In this document: positions 55,021 to 64,000 of the stretch, piece by piece
Layout: each line of letters starts with the position of its first letter
Position numbering within the stretch: the first letter of the stretch is position 1
DNA from: an uncultured Candidatus Binatia bacterium
GTDB taxonomy: Bacteria; Desulfobacterota; Binatia; UBA9968; JAJDTQ01
NCBI GenBank assembly: GCA_965221155.1
Contig: OZ244869.1
Coordinates: forward strand, 4,519,790-4,583,789
Reading direction: 5' to 3'
DNA length: 64,000 nucleotides
Made by a program: the position numbers and the translations under genes
The notes under the pieces: generated by a model
Seen by the model: only the letters and a program-made list of their open reading frames with translations
Told to the model about the DNA's origin: nothing
Database searches by the model: none

Positions 55021-56289
55021 TTATTGAGGCAGGTGCGACTCCCGCGCACCCTTGTACACAATGGGCAGGAGTGACGGGTCTGTGACGCTGGAGTCCGCGT
55101 GCAGATGTATCACGCTGCGGCCCGTACCGCAGTCCCCGAAGTCATCGCAGGTAAGCGTGCCGATGATGCCCTGGAAACCTGCGGTGCCGTCCAAGGCATC
55201 ACGGAGTGCCGCGCGGTCGATGTACAGCGTCTCTCCATCTACGACCGCAATCTGCTTGATAGCCGAGAGCAACAATGTCGTGGCGTCATAGCCGTGCGCC
55301 CAGTACGGCGACGTCGGAGGCCCTCCATGGGTGGCCTTGAACGCGGTTAGTACATCCGCAGCGCTTCTGCCTGTCGCCTGGTTCGTGTTCCTGCTGTCTC
55401 CAAGATCAGGTCCCGTGAAATAGACGCCCTCCGATTCCGGCAACGCAAGAACCTTAGCCGCTAATGTGGCGGCGCCACTGATTCTCGTCACGCCTTTCAG
55501 GGCGCCGAGGCGGGCTGCCTGTCGAATCAAGGACGTTGCCTCCGCCGGGAAGAGCGGGATGAACACGCCATCGGGGGCGGCTTCCTCGAACCGGGCGAGA
55601 ACAGCGGCCATGTCAGTCTGGCCTTTCGCCACTTGGGCGATGACCGGAACAGTGCCGCCATGCTTCCTGAAAGCAACGGCAAAAGCGTTCGAAATGGCGC
55701 TGGTATACGGGTCACCGTCATGAATCGTCACCATCCTGCGCAATCCCAGTTCATCGTAGCTGAAATGCGCGACAATGCTCGCCTCGATGAGGTCGTTGTC
55801 CGCAACACGGTAGTAACCCTTGTGGTAGTCGGGACCGGCATTTCCGGACAGGTCGGACGTGAGGACAGGCGACGTGTTGGACGGCGATATCATCGATAGG
55901 CCCGCCTTGCTGATAACGGGCGACGCCTCCACCGCGGCACCGGAGCACAAGGTGCCGATGACGCCGACGACCTGCGCGTCGGCAACGACGGCTTCAGCCG
56001 CCGCGCGCCCACCCTCGCCCGAGCACAGCTCGTCGAAGGTTTCGGTGGAGACTTGGCGCCCGTGTATGAGGCCGAAGTCCTTGGCCGCTATCTCGATGGC
56101 GGTCTGAATGAGAGGGGACACGGACGGCACGACCGTATCGGAAAGGAGCACGCGGATTTCGATCGGCTGACCGAGCTTGATCTCAACCGCACCGAGTGGC
56201 CCCGATTTGAAGCCACTGCTGAAAGCGGCGGTCGCGAACACCATGAAAGCGAGTACCAAGCCCTGTCCGATGAAAAACGACCTGCTCAT
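55021..56289 (-). CDS. Periplasmic binding protein, branched-chain amino acid (LivJ/Peripla_BP_6) type, orphan
   Basis: Signal peptide MSRSFFIGQGLVLAFMVFATAAFS, then VIGTLCSGAA...SPSNTSP. No cognate ABC permease or ATPase genes are nearby. Confidence 0.8.
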   Translation of the reverse strand: MSRSFFIGQGLVLAFMVFATAAFSSGFKSGPLGAVEIKLGQPIEIRVLLSDTVVPSVSPLIQTAIEIAAKDFGLIHGRQVSTETFDELCSGEGGRAAAEAVVADAQVVGVIGTLCSGAAVEASPVISKAGLSMISPSNTSPVLTSDLSGNAGPDYHKGYYRVADNDLIEASIVAHFSYDELGLRRMVTIHDGDPYTSAISNAFAVAFRKHGGTVPVIAQVAKGQTDMAAVLARFEEAAPDGVFIPLFPAEATSLIRQAARLGALKGVTRISGAATLAAKVLALPESEGVYFTGPDLGDSRNTNQATGRSAADVLTAFKATHGGPPTSPYWAHGYDATTLLLSAIKQIAVVDGETLYIDRAALRDALDGTAGFQGIIGTLTCDDFGDCGTGRSVIHLHADSSVTDPSLLPIVYKGARESHLPQ

Positions 56290-56318
56290 TTCAACTCCTC
56301 GGTCGGGATGGATCCGCA

Positions 56319-56535
56319 AACCGGCTGGCCGAGAGGGCCGAGTACACGGCGCCCTCACCGACGTCTCGCTGTCCGCCTGGGAGACGACAACATCGTCATC
56401 TCCATGGACTACCAGCACATCGACGCGCACTACCCCCACGCCGTGGAGGAGTTCGTGGAGACTCCCGGGCTGAGCAAGAGTTCCCTCAAGAAGATTCTCT
56501 GGGACAACCGTGCGAGGTTGTACGGCGTGGACTAG
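56319..56535 (+). pseudogene. 3'-end remnant of an amidohydrolase_2 gene (degenerate copy of 54651-54949)
   Basis: Nucleotide-level match to the 3' end of 53834-54949, with an internal deletion of about 84 nt. Encodes RLGDDNIVISMDYQHIDAHYPHAVEEFVETPGLSKSSLKKILWDNRARLYGVD. Confidence 0.8.
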
Positions 56536-56689
56536 CGAGCTCGGACCGCCCCGCAGTCAACGGCTAGTCCTTCTTCTTCGGCGGTGGAAGGGGAGGTGGC
56601 GGCGGTTTCCTGATTGGTTTGGCAGCGACCCCGTCTCGTACATTGGCCACCCGCCTTGAAGGCGGAGGGTTCGGTTCCTTGGCCATGAT

Positions 56690-57289
56690 TCATTCCTCTG
56701 GTTCGTCGTGAGCTTCACGCACGAACTCGACTAATTCTACCTGGTCTGCCGGTATCAGAATCGCGGACACGCCCGTCGCGGGGATACGCTCATTTTCGAT
56801 CAACCACTCGGCTTCCGCAATTCGAAAGTGTCCTTCGTCGGGACGACTTGGCCACTCCTCGGGCCAGCCATAGAGATGACGTTCTCCCTTGAGGTGTAAC
56901 GTAACATAGCAATCGCAGTGGCGCGAGAAGGCGGAATACCACTCAGACGGGTACGAAGTCTCCCTGGTTACGCCGATCCGGCGAAGAAGACGGTGAACCG
57001 TGTCCCTGTTGAGGAAATAGGAAGTCAGCAGCCCAAGGACGACAGCGATCGCCACAGAGAGAAGGATCTCCCAGTTCTTGCCCTTAGGTTCACTGTCCAG
57101 AACGCTTCCGAGCAACAGGATAGCATCCCTGATGGCATGCCCGATTACGGTGAAGATGAGCGCTTGAACGACGCGGTCAAAGGGGCTGGGCTTGGGATAG
57201 GAAGTGAGGGAGTAGAAGATGCTCGCTGCTACGAATCCAGGCAAGAGGAAAGTCAGGACGCCTATAATGTCGCCGGATGCCCAACTCAC
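56690..57289 (-). CDS. Hypothetical membrane protein (3-4 N-terminal TM helices plus a soluble C-terminal domain; possibly DUF6338-like)
   Basis: 199-aa ORF with hydrophobic segments at aa 8-30, 45-65 and 75-95, in a lower-GC stretch. The family assignment is tentative. Confidence 0.45.
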   Translation of the reverse strand: MSWASGDIIGVLTFLLPGFVAASIFYSLTSYPKPSPFDRVVQALIFTVIGHAIRDAILLLGSVLDSEPKGKNWEILLSVAIAVVLGLLTSYFLNRDTVHRLLRRIGVTRETSYPSEWYSAFSRHCDCYVTLHLKGERHLYGWPEEWPSRPDEGHFRIAEAEWLIENERIPATGVSAILIPADQVELVEFVREAHDEPEE

Positions 57290-57532
57290 GATTGCTTAAC
57301 CTCCTCCCGCTTTCGCAATGCAACGCTTAGTGGATCACAGCACCGGCACCGAATTTCGTTGATCGGTGTCCGGGTTCCTTGAACCTCATACAAGTGAGCA
57401 AACACCATGCCAGTGGCTGCATCCCTTCCTGTGAGGTGGGCAAACCGACTGGTGGTGGCGGTTTGCCTCCTCATCTTCGGCGGACACCGTAACCTCTCCA
57501 AACCCTCCGCCGTCCATGTTAGATTGCTCAGC

Positions 57533-58483
57533 ATGGCGACTCTGATTACAGGCAGTGGGCTTATCGGCGCCTCCTTCGGGGCCTATGCCGCGGCGCGGGG
57601 CGAACGTCTGGTCTTTCTCGACTTCCAGCCGCGGGATGAGTTTCTGAAGAGCAAGCTCGGGTCCGCGGACTACGTATCCCTTCAGGGGGACGTGCTGGAC
57701 CTGCCGGCACTCACCGGAATCATCAAGGCCCATGGCATCGATACGGTGCTGCACACGGCGGCCATCATCGCCGGCCGTGTGGCCCAGGAGGGCTATTGGG
57801 CCTTCAACGTCAATATCCAGGGCACCATCAATGTAGCCGAGGCAGCGCGGTTGGCTGGGGTCCGGCGTGTGGTGCACATCAGCACCCTCAGCGTTTACAA
57901 CCGCGCGTTCGAGGGAGCGGGCTCCGTGCCCGAGACGCTCCAGCGCGGCGACAGCACGGCCTACGGCAGCTCCAAGGCCGTCCAGGAGCTGGTGCTGGAG
58001 GCGTACCAGGGGCTCTACGGCGTCGAGCTGATGGTGGTGCGGCTGGCCCACGTGTTCGGGCTGGGGCATTTCCTGGGCGGGGCCGAGAGCGGCGCCATCA
58101 CGCATACGCTCCTCACCTGCGGCCGGGACGGCGGAGTCGCCAAGATCGCCCGGCGCCAAGCGAGGCCGCTGGAGCGGATCTATGCCAAGGACGTGGGCCG
58201 CGCGGTGGATCTGGCGGCGACCGTGCCGGTGCCCCCGGTCAACGTGTTCAATATCGGTACGGGCTCGGTGACCACCTTCGACGAACTGGTGGCGGAGGCA
58301 AGAGCGATCTATCCGGGGCTGGAGGTGGAGGTGGTGCCGGACGGGACGCCGCATGTGGGGGCGAAGCAGCCCTTGGATATCACCCGGGCGAAGGAATATC
58401 TGGGCTGGGAGCCCCAGTTCACCTTGGGTTCGGCGCTGCAGGACTATGTCAGCGATCTGGACGCGTTGGCGCATGGGTCGTGA
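57533..58483 (+). CDS. NAD-dependent epimerase/dehydratase (extended SDR)
   Basis: ITGSGLIGASFG Rossmann motif and YGSSK catalytic motif. Paralogue of 44398-45351. Confidence 0.8.
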   Translation: MATLITGSGLIGASFGAYAAARGERLVFLDFQPRDEFLKSKLGSADYVSLQGDVLDLPALTGIIKAHGIDTVLHTAAIIAGRVAQEGYWAFNVNIQGTINVAEAARLAGVRRVVHISTLSVYNRAFEGAGSVPETLQRGDSTAYGSSKAVQELVLEAYQGLYGVELMVVRLAHVFGLGHFLGGAESGAITHTLLTCGRDGGVAKIARRQARPLERIYAKDVGRAVDLAATVPVPPVNVFNIGTGSVTTFDELVAEARAIYPGLEVEVVPDGTPHVGAKQPLDITRAKEYLGWEPQFTLGSALQDYVSDLDALAHGS

Positions 58484-58535
58484 AGCCACGGCTCACGGGC
58501 CGGGCTCGAGCGCCCCGCGAAGAGGGGAGTGAGTG

Positions 58536-59984
58536 ATGAGTTCAGGACAGGCATTGGAATCCGAAGCCGTTCGCGCCCGGCTTGACCATCCGATCATCGA
58601 TACCGACGGCCACACGGTTGAGCTGACTCCGCTGTACCTCGACTATCTCAAGGAACTGGGCGGCGCCGACATGCCGCGGCGCTATGCGGAGGCCACGAGC
58701 GCCCGCTCCAACAGCCGCTGGTCCTCCATGACGGAAGCCGAGCGCCGCAGCGTCCGGGCGCATTGCCCGCCCTGGTGGGCGCGTCCGGCGAGCAACACCC
58801 TGGACCGGGCCACGGCGTCGTTGCCGCGGCTGCTGCACGAGCGAATGGACCGGCTGGGTATCGACTTCGCGGTGCTGTATCCCACCGAGGGGTTGGCCGG
58901 CCCGCCCCGGTTCGAGGATGAGGAGCTTCGCCGGGTTTCCTGCCGGGCATTGAACAAGTTCCACGCGGAATTCTACGGCGAATGCTCGGACCGGATGACC
59001 CCGGCCGCGGTGATTCCCACCCACACCCCGGAAGAGGCCATCGAGGACACCGAATACGCCATCCGCGAGCTCGGCCTCAAGACCATCGTCATCTCCCACG
59101 TGGACCGGCCCATCCCGCGGGTAGCGGAAGCACGGCCGGACCTGGCGCCCTTCGCCCGCTACATCGACAACCTGGCTCTGGACAGCGAGTATGACTACGA
59201 TCCGTTCTGGCAGCGGTGCATGGAGCTGGGCGTGGCGCCGACGTCCCACGCCAGCGGCCAGGGCTGGGGTAGCCGGCGCTCGGTGTCCAACTACATGTAC
59301 AACCACATCGGCCACTTCGCCGCGGCTGGTGAGGCTATGTGTAAGGCGATGTTTTTCGGCGGGGTTACGTATCGGTTTCCAATGCTCAACTTCGCTTTCT
59401 TGGAGTGCGGGGTCGGGTGGGCGTGCGGCTTGTACAGCGACATCCTGGAGCACTGGGAGAAACGCAACCGGGACGCCATTGCCACGCTGGACCCGGAGAG
59501 CCTCGACGTCGATCTCATGATGAAGCTCGTGGCGGAGTACGGCGGCATCGAAGGCGAGGAGAAGCTCGACCGGATCCGCGCGTCGCTGGGCCGGAAGGAG
59601 CGTCGTCCGGAGATCCTCGATGACTGGTCCCGTTGCGGCATTGAGCAGGCCGAGGACATCCGCGACCGCTTCGTGCCGCGCTTCTACTTCGGTTGCGAGG
59701 CCGACGACCGCATGATCGCCTGGGCCTTCAACGACAAGCTGAACCCCTTCGGCGCCCGGCTCGGAGCCATGATGAGCTCGGACATCGGCCACTGGGACGT
59801 CACCGACATGACCGAGGTGGTGGCCGAGGCCCACGAGCTGGTGGACCGGGGGCATATCACCGAAGAGGATTTTCGCGACTTCAGCTTCACCAACGCGGTG
59901 CGCTTCTATTCCGGCATGAATCCGGATTTCTTTGCCGGTACGGCCTGTGAGGAAGCGGCCGCCCGGGTGACGGCGGCGAGTTAG
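58536..59984 (+). CDS. Amidohydrolase_2 family protein (long form)
   Basis: IDTDGHTVE N-terminal metal motif and C-terminal SSDIGHWD. About 482 aa. Confidence 0.75.
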   Translation: MSSGQALESEAVRARLDHPIIDTDGHTVELTPLYLDYLKELGGADMPRRYAEATSARSNSRWSSMTEAERRSVRAHCPPWWARPASNTLDRATASLPRLLHERMDRLGIDFAVLYPTEGLAGPPRFEDEELRRVSCRALNKFHAEFYGECSDRMTPAAVIPTHTPEEAIEDTEYAIRELGLKTIVISHVDRPIPRVAEARPDLAPFARYIDNLALDSEYDYDPFWQRCMELGVAPTSHASGQGWGSRRSVSNYMYNHIGHFAAAGEAMCKAMFFGGVTYRFPMLNFAFLECGVGWACGLYSDILEHWEKRNRDAIATLDPESLDVDLMMKLVAEYGGIEGEEKLDRIRASLGRKERRPEILDDWSRCGIEQAEDIRDRFVPRFYFGCEADDRMIAWAFNDKLNPFGARLGAMMSSDIGHWDVTDMTEVVAEAHELVDRGHITEEDFRDFSFTNAVRFYSGMNPDFFAGTACEEAAARVTAAS

Positions 59985-60043
59985 CTCCAGGCCGTTTTAC
60001 ACGCCGAATCGACAGTCGACTTGGAAAGGGGAGAGGAACGCTC

Positions 60044-61150
60044 ATGAAAGACGGATTGAAGATCATGGACTCGGACATGCACGTGCGCGAGCCCGCGGAC
60101 CTGTGGGAAAAGTACATGGAGCCCGAGTGGCGCGACCGAGGGCCCAGGATCCTGAGCACCACCACCCGCAGCTCGGCCATGGTCATGGTCGACGGCAAGA
60201 TCCTCAAGGGCTACCCGCCCAGCTACCGCGGCGGCATCTTCGACGCCACCCGCATCGACGCGGAGATCGCGGACGCCCGGGCACGGGGCTTCGACGGCGT
60301 CTCGCAGCTCGACGCCATGGAGAAGGAGGGGCTGGATCTGGCCGTCATGTATCCGTCCATCGGCTTGGGCGTCATGATGCGCGAGGACATGGACCCCAAG
60401 CTCGGCGCCGCGGTGGCCCGGGCCTACAACAACTGGCTCCATGATTTCTGCCAGACCGACCCCAAGCGGATGAAGGGTGCGGCCATGATCTCGCTCCACG
60501 ACGTCACCGAGGCCGCGAAGGAGGCCCGGCGGGCGGTGGAGGAGCTGGGCTTCGTGGCGGTGTTCGCGCGTCCGGAGCCGCTCCGCTCCATGCCCTGGCA
60601 CGCCCGCTACTACGACATTCTGTGGTCCACGCTAGAGGAGCTGGGCATCCCCATGGGCTTCCATTCGGCCGCTTCCGCCGGCGAGGTCCGGCAGATAGGC
60701 GACGTGTTTGGCGATGACCTCTTGCTGCGGCACATCTGCGAGCACCCCATGTCCAACATGATGGCCATGATCGACATCATCGGCGGCGGCGTTCTGGAGC
60801 GCCACCCCAAGCTCAAGGTGGCTTTCCTCGAGTGCTACTGCGGCTGGGTCTCCTTCATGCTCCACCGCATGGACGTCACCGTGGCCAAGGCCCGGAACCC
60901 CACCATCTCGGAGCTGAAGCCCAGCGAGTTCTTCAAGCGGCAGTGCTGGATCTCCACCGAATCCGAGAAGGAACTCCCCATGGTCGCCGAGCTCATCGGC
61001 GACGACAACATCGTCTACTCCACCGACTACCCGCACGGCGACTCGGACTTCCCCCACGCCGTGGAAGAGTTCCTGGAGGTCGAAGGCGTCTCCAAGGAGA
61101 CCAAGCGGAAGATACTGTGGGACAACTGCGCGCGGCTGTACGATCTGTAA
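60044..61150 (+). CDS. Amidohydrolase_2 family protein
   Basis: MDSDMHVREP ... STDYPHGDSDFPH ... WDNCARLYDL. Confidence 0.8.
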   Translation: MKDGLKIMDSDMHVREPADLWEKYMEPEWRDRGPRILSTTTRSSAMVMVDGKILKGYPPSYRGGIFDATRIDAEIADARARGFDGVSQLDAMEKEGLDLAVMYPSIGLGVMMREDMDPKLGAAVARAYNNWLHDFCQTDPKRMKGAAMISLHDVTEAAKEARRAVEELGFVAVFARPEPLRSMPWHARYYDILWSTLEELGIPMGFHSAASAGEVRQIGDVFGDDLLLRHICEHPMSNMMAMIDIIGGGVLERHPKLKVAFLECYCGWVSFMLHRMDVTVAKARNPTISELKPSEFFKRQCWISTESEKELPMVAELIGDDNIVYSTDYPHGDSDFPHAVEEFLEVEGVSKETKRKILWDNCARLYDL

Positions 61151-61231
61151 GGGGTGGCTTCAGGCCCATGGCATGAAGGCTATAGGTTCAAGTAGTAGAC
61201 TGATCGCGAAGTCACTCGTGCAAAGAATGCT

Positions 61232-62185
61232 ATGAGCATGAAGCAGAGTGGCGAGATGTCCAAATCCGCCATACGACCTAGCGAAGGCGACGAGAGGCTT
61301 AAACTAGATGCGCTAGTGGCCAGCATCCTTTCGAACGAGATTGCAATCTTCGATTTGCTGGGCTCTGCACCAAGCGGTGACTACTGGGCGTTTGTTCAGC
61401 GCGAACGCTTGTTCCACGCTCTATCGCGCGAACCACGCGTTCTGGGGCACTTTGTGGCAGAGTTGCGCTCGAAGATCGTCGAGGCGGGCGGTAACCCCGA
61501 CGATGACGCGATCACGAAGGAGCTTACACGTAAGGATGGCCTCCGCCGGTTCTCGAAGCTCGAAAACGAGCGGTCTCAAGCGTTCAGCGTCCAGCCTTCG
61601 CTCCTATCCGGCGAGACCTTTGAGGCATGCCTTGAGCAGTACAAGGCTCTCATTGCGTATGTTGAAAGTTTGTGGGCAGACGCGTCCCAACTCTACAATC
61701 TTGGAAATTTTCCACTCGCCACGTTCCTTTCAATCCTTGTAATCGAAGAGGTCGGGAAACTGACCCATCTCGCGCTGGATCTCGTTTCTTATGATATGCC
61801 ACGTACCCCTACGCAGGGTGACGTAGTCGAACGAAGTCATCGGCGGAAGCACTTCATTGGCGTGATGTCAGGGGCATTGATCAACGCCCGCTTGGATCGC
61901 GTGTTGGGGAAGGATGTTATCCGCAAAGTACTACACCAAGCCGAAAGTGACGAACTCGAAAAGATCCGGCAAAGCTGTCTCTACATCGACATGAGAGACG
62001 GTCGCGTGATGACGCCCAGAGAACGCATTGACGCTGAATGCGCCAGGGTGCTCACGGTCCTTGCTGGTGAGCTGTTGGCAGAAGTTCTGGGTCATTTCCC
62101 TTGGGAGTTCGAACGCATGCTCAATGCAGTGATAGCCTTCGAACGCGCGATAGGTATCCCTGAGGAGAAGGTCAGGCCTGCGTAG
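61232..62185 (+). CDS. AbiV-like (HEPN_AbiV) abortive-infection family protein with an N-terminal extension of about 140 aa
   Basis: The C-terminal half has GNFPLATFLSILVIEEVGKL followed by ERSHRRKHF (R-x-H type HEPN motif) and CLYID, the pattern I associate with AbiV. A hand count of 61301-61400 gives 52 G+C per 100 nt. Confidence 0.6.
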   Translation: MSMKQSGEMSKSAIRPSEGDERLKLDALVASILSNEIAIFDLLGSAPSGDYWAFVQRERLFHALSREPRVLGHFVAELRSKIVEAGGNPDDDAITKELTRKDGLRRFSKLENERSQAFSVQPSLLSGETFEACLEQYKALIAYVESLWADASQLYNLGNFPLATFLSILVIEEVGKLTHLALDLVSYDMPRTPTQGDVVERSHRRKHFIGVMSGALINARLDRVLGKDVIRKVLHQAESDELEKIRQSCLYIDMRDGRVMTPRERIDAECARVLTVLAGELLAEVLGHFPWEFERMLNAVIAFERAIGIPEEKVRPA

Positions 62186-62304
62186 ACGAGCAAGATGGCA
62201 GTACACAAAACCTGAGGCTGATTTCTCTCTAAACACCCCCTCATAGACAAGCTTGTCCCGTAAATGTTTGCTTGCAGATTACGCAAGCAACTGTTATCAA
62301 CGTG

Positions 62305-62559
62305 ATGAACAGCAAGCAGCGCAAGACCCTTGCAGCGGTCTTCACCGACCCTGTGTCAGGGACCATCGAATGGGTAGCGGTCGAGGGCCTGCTTCTCGCC
62401 GCTGGCGCGCGGCTGATCGAAGGGCGAGGCTCAAGGGTACGGTTCGAGAAGGATGGCGAGGTTGAAACGTTTCACCGGCCGCACCCCACCAAGGAAGCTA
62501 AGCGCTATCAGATCCGTGCGGTCCGCGCATTTCTGGAGCGAATCGGAGTAGCGCCATGA
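62305..62559 (+). CDS. hicA: HicA-family mRNA interferase toxin
   Basis: MNSKQRKTLAAVFTDPVSGTIEW..VE.LL...GA...EGRGSRVRF......ETFHRPHP is the characteristic HicA/YcfA pattern. Confidence 0.85.
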   Translation: MNSKQRKTLAAVFTDPVSGTIEWVAVEGLLLAAGARLIEGRGSRVRFEKDGEVETFHRPHPTKEAKRYQIRAVRAFLERIGVAP

Positions 62560-62888
62560 CCAATACCATGAGCTACAAGGGCTATTCAGCCCGAATCGAA
62601 TATGACGACGAAGACGGAATCTTCACGGGCCGGATCGCCGGCATTCGTGATGGCGTGGGCTTTCATGCGGAGGCGGTGGATGGACTGCGAGAAGCCTTTC
62701 ATGAGGCCGTTGAGGATTACATCGAGACCTGCGCCAGGATCGGCAAGGAACCGCAGAAGGCTTTTTCCGGTCAAGTGATGTTCCGTATCAGCCCTGAAGT
62801 TCACCGCAAGGCCGCCCTTGCGGCTGAATTGTCCGGCAAGAGCCTGAACCAATGGGCGGAAGAGGTGTTGGCGCGCGCCGCGACTTAG
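62556..62888 (+). CDS. hicB: HicB-family antitoxin
   Basis: YKGYSARIEYDDEDGIFTGRI.....V.FHAE....L...F.EAVEDYIETC, plus a C-terminal RHH (FSGQVMFRISPEVHRKAALAAELSGKSLNQW). 4-nt overlap with hicA. Confidence 0.85.
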   Translation: MTNTMSYKGYSARIEYDDEDGIFTGRIAGIRDGVGFHAEAVDGLREAFHEAVEDYIETCARIGKEPQKAFSGQVMFRISPEVHRKAALAAELSGKSLNQWAEEVLARAAT

Positions 62889-62927
62889 CCATGAGTCCAG
62901 TCGCTGACATGCCTGGTGGAGTCGAGA

Positions 62928-63203
62928 ATGAGTGACTTGCCGACCTACGTGCTGGAGCGGGTATTCGACGCGCCGCGTGAGTTGGTGTGGAGGACGTGGA
63001 CCGATGCGGAGTTGTTGCCGCGCTGGTACGGGCCGAGGGTGGAGAAAGAGGGCGCTCAGACGAGGATGCGCTTCACCTGGGTGCCGCACGAGCCGAGCGA
63101 GGCCGAGATTGCCTGTTTCGCCTCGGCGATGAGCGGCATGGACAAAGGCTGGGGCGCCGGCATGGAGTTGCTCGCGGAGTTGGTGTCTGAATTGCAGGCT
63201 TGA
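62928..63203 (+). CDS. SRPBCC/AHSA1-like protein, apparently internally shortened
   Basis: The N-terminus YVLERVFDAPRELVWRTWTDAELLPRWYGP is typical of the Aha1-like SRPBCC family. The protein is only 91 aa against the usual 140-160, so it may be a decayed gene. Confidence 0.5.
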   Translation: MSDLPTYVLERVFDAPRELVWRTWTDAELLPRWYGPRVEKEGAQTRMRFTWVPHEPSEAEIACFASAMSGMDKGWGAGMELLAELVSELQA

Positions 63204-63262
63204 CGGCCACTGCACGTTTGCCGCCCGCCTACACGTCATCCCCTATTATTACGCGACGTCCC

Positions 63263-63634
63263 TCAGCCCGAACTCTTCTCGTAGTCCGGCTGGTAGAGCT
63301 GCATGCGCACGCCGCCCGGCATCTCGAATTGGATGGCGAGGCCGAAGCCGGCATCGGCCACTTCGCCGTCGAAGACCACGCCGCGACTCTTCAACTCGGC
63401 CACCGTGGCCTGGATGTCGTCGCAGTAGAAGGATATGTCATGGGTGCCGGCGGGCGCGCCGGCGGCGCGGGTCGGGTCGGCCGGGTGCACGCCCATGTCG
63501 GCTTCGGGGAGGTCGAAGATGAGCCAGCCGCCGCCGACGTCGCTGAAGGAGGTGAAGCCGAGCCTGTCGCGCAGGAATGCGCGCAACGCCTCCGGCTCTG
63601 ACGAGTAGAACATAGCGTGCACGCCCTTGATCAT
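63263..63634 (-). CDS. VOC-family (glyoxalase/bleomycin-resistance fold) protein
   Basis: 123 aa. Paired beta-alpha-beta-beta-beta pattern with HAMFYS...FLRD.LGF and THDISFYCDDIQATVAELKSRGV. Confidence 0.7.
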   Translation of the reverse strand: MIKGVHAMFYSSEPEALRAFLRDRLGFTSFSDVGGGWLIFDLPEADMGVHPADPTRAAGAPAGTHDISFYCDDIQATVAELKSRGVVFDGEVADAGFGLAIQFEMPGGVRMQLYQPDYEKSSG

Positions 63635-63660
63635 CGTCCCGCTCTCCGCATTCCAGTCTC

Positions 63661-63999
63661 TCACCCTGTTTTCTGTCCCCGCTTGTTGTCGTACTCCGCC
63701 TTGGCCGCCGCCACGCCGTCGGCCGCGGCCGCGTGAAACTCCGGTTGCCTCTCCGCGGCTACGTCATAGCTGGTCTGCCTTCCATCGAACTGGCCTTGGA
63801 AGTGGGGAATGACATGCCGTGCGAACAGCTCGTAGCTGCGCCGCGTGGCGTCCCAGTCGGCCCAGTCGTGGCACATGAACAACACCATGCCGAACCCGCC
63901 GGTCCCGGCCTGCATGTGCTCGATCTGCCGGATGACGTCCTCGGGTGTGCCGATGATGGCGCGCCCGTTGTCGATGATGAACTTGCGGACGTCGGTGAC
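63661..63999 (-). CDS. LLM-class (luciferase-like) flavin-dependent oxidoreductase, C-terminal part (runs off the window)
   Basis: The frame is open to the window edge. ...IIGTPEDVIRQIEHMQAGTGGFGMVLFMCHDWADWDATRRSYELFARHVIPHF is typical of LLM C-termini. Confidence 0.6.
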   Translation of the reverse strand, partial: VTDVRKFIIDNGRAIIGTPEDVIRQIEHMQAGTGGFGMVLFMCHDWADWDATRRSYELFARHVIPHFQGQFDGRQTSYDVAAERQPEFHAAAADGVAAAKAEYDNKRGQKTG

Positions 64000-64000
64000 T

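Overview
High-GC bacterial chromosomal segment, about 65-70% G+C by eye. It is probably from an uncultured heterotroph, and I cannot assign a taxon. Most of it is dense catabolic and transport content. This includes a TTT (TctBCA) transporter, a TAXI-TRAP transporter, a Dpp/Opp-type ABC system, a GlcDEF glycolate oxidase operon, and eight intact amidohydrolase_2 (PF04909-like) paralogues plus one remnant. Three Asp/Glu-racemase-superfamily genes sit beside housekeeping genes (pgsA, tRNA-Gly, rdgB, thiI, argC). At least four families of short palindromic (REP/MITE-like) elements are scattered through the window, and several of them supply the TAG stop codon of the neighbouring gene. Visibly lower-GC accessory inserts interrupt this background. 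(1) At 44-54 kb there is a defence island: orphan DUF2283 and ParD antitoxins, a collapsed ATPase/DUF4276 remnant, a 1116-aa single-chain type IIG-like RM enzyme, and a 1364-aa protein with a Cap4/DUF4297-like nuclease head, a P-loop NTPase and a long helical-repeat tail. This last protein is a candidate new STAND/Avs-like system and is the most interesting object here. (2) At 61-63 kb there is an AbiV-like HEPN gene next to hicAB. (3) There is a lone wHTH-GHKL ATPase-DUF4325 gene. (4) There is a small ACP / P450 / radical-SAM / alpha-beta hydrolase cassette. (5) One gene carries twelve 33-bp in-frame tandem repeats. All functional calls rest on motif recognition by eye; no searches were run.
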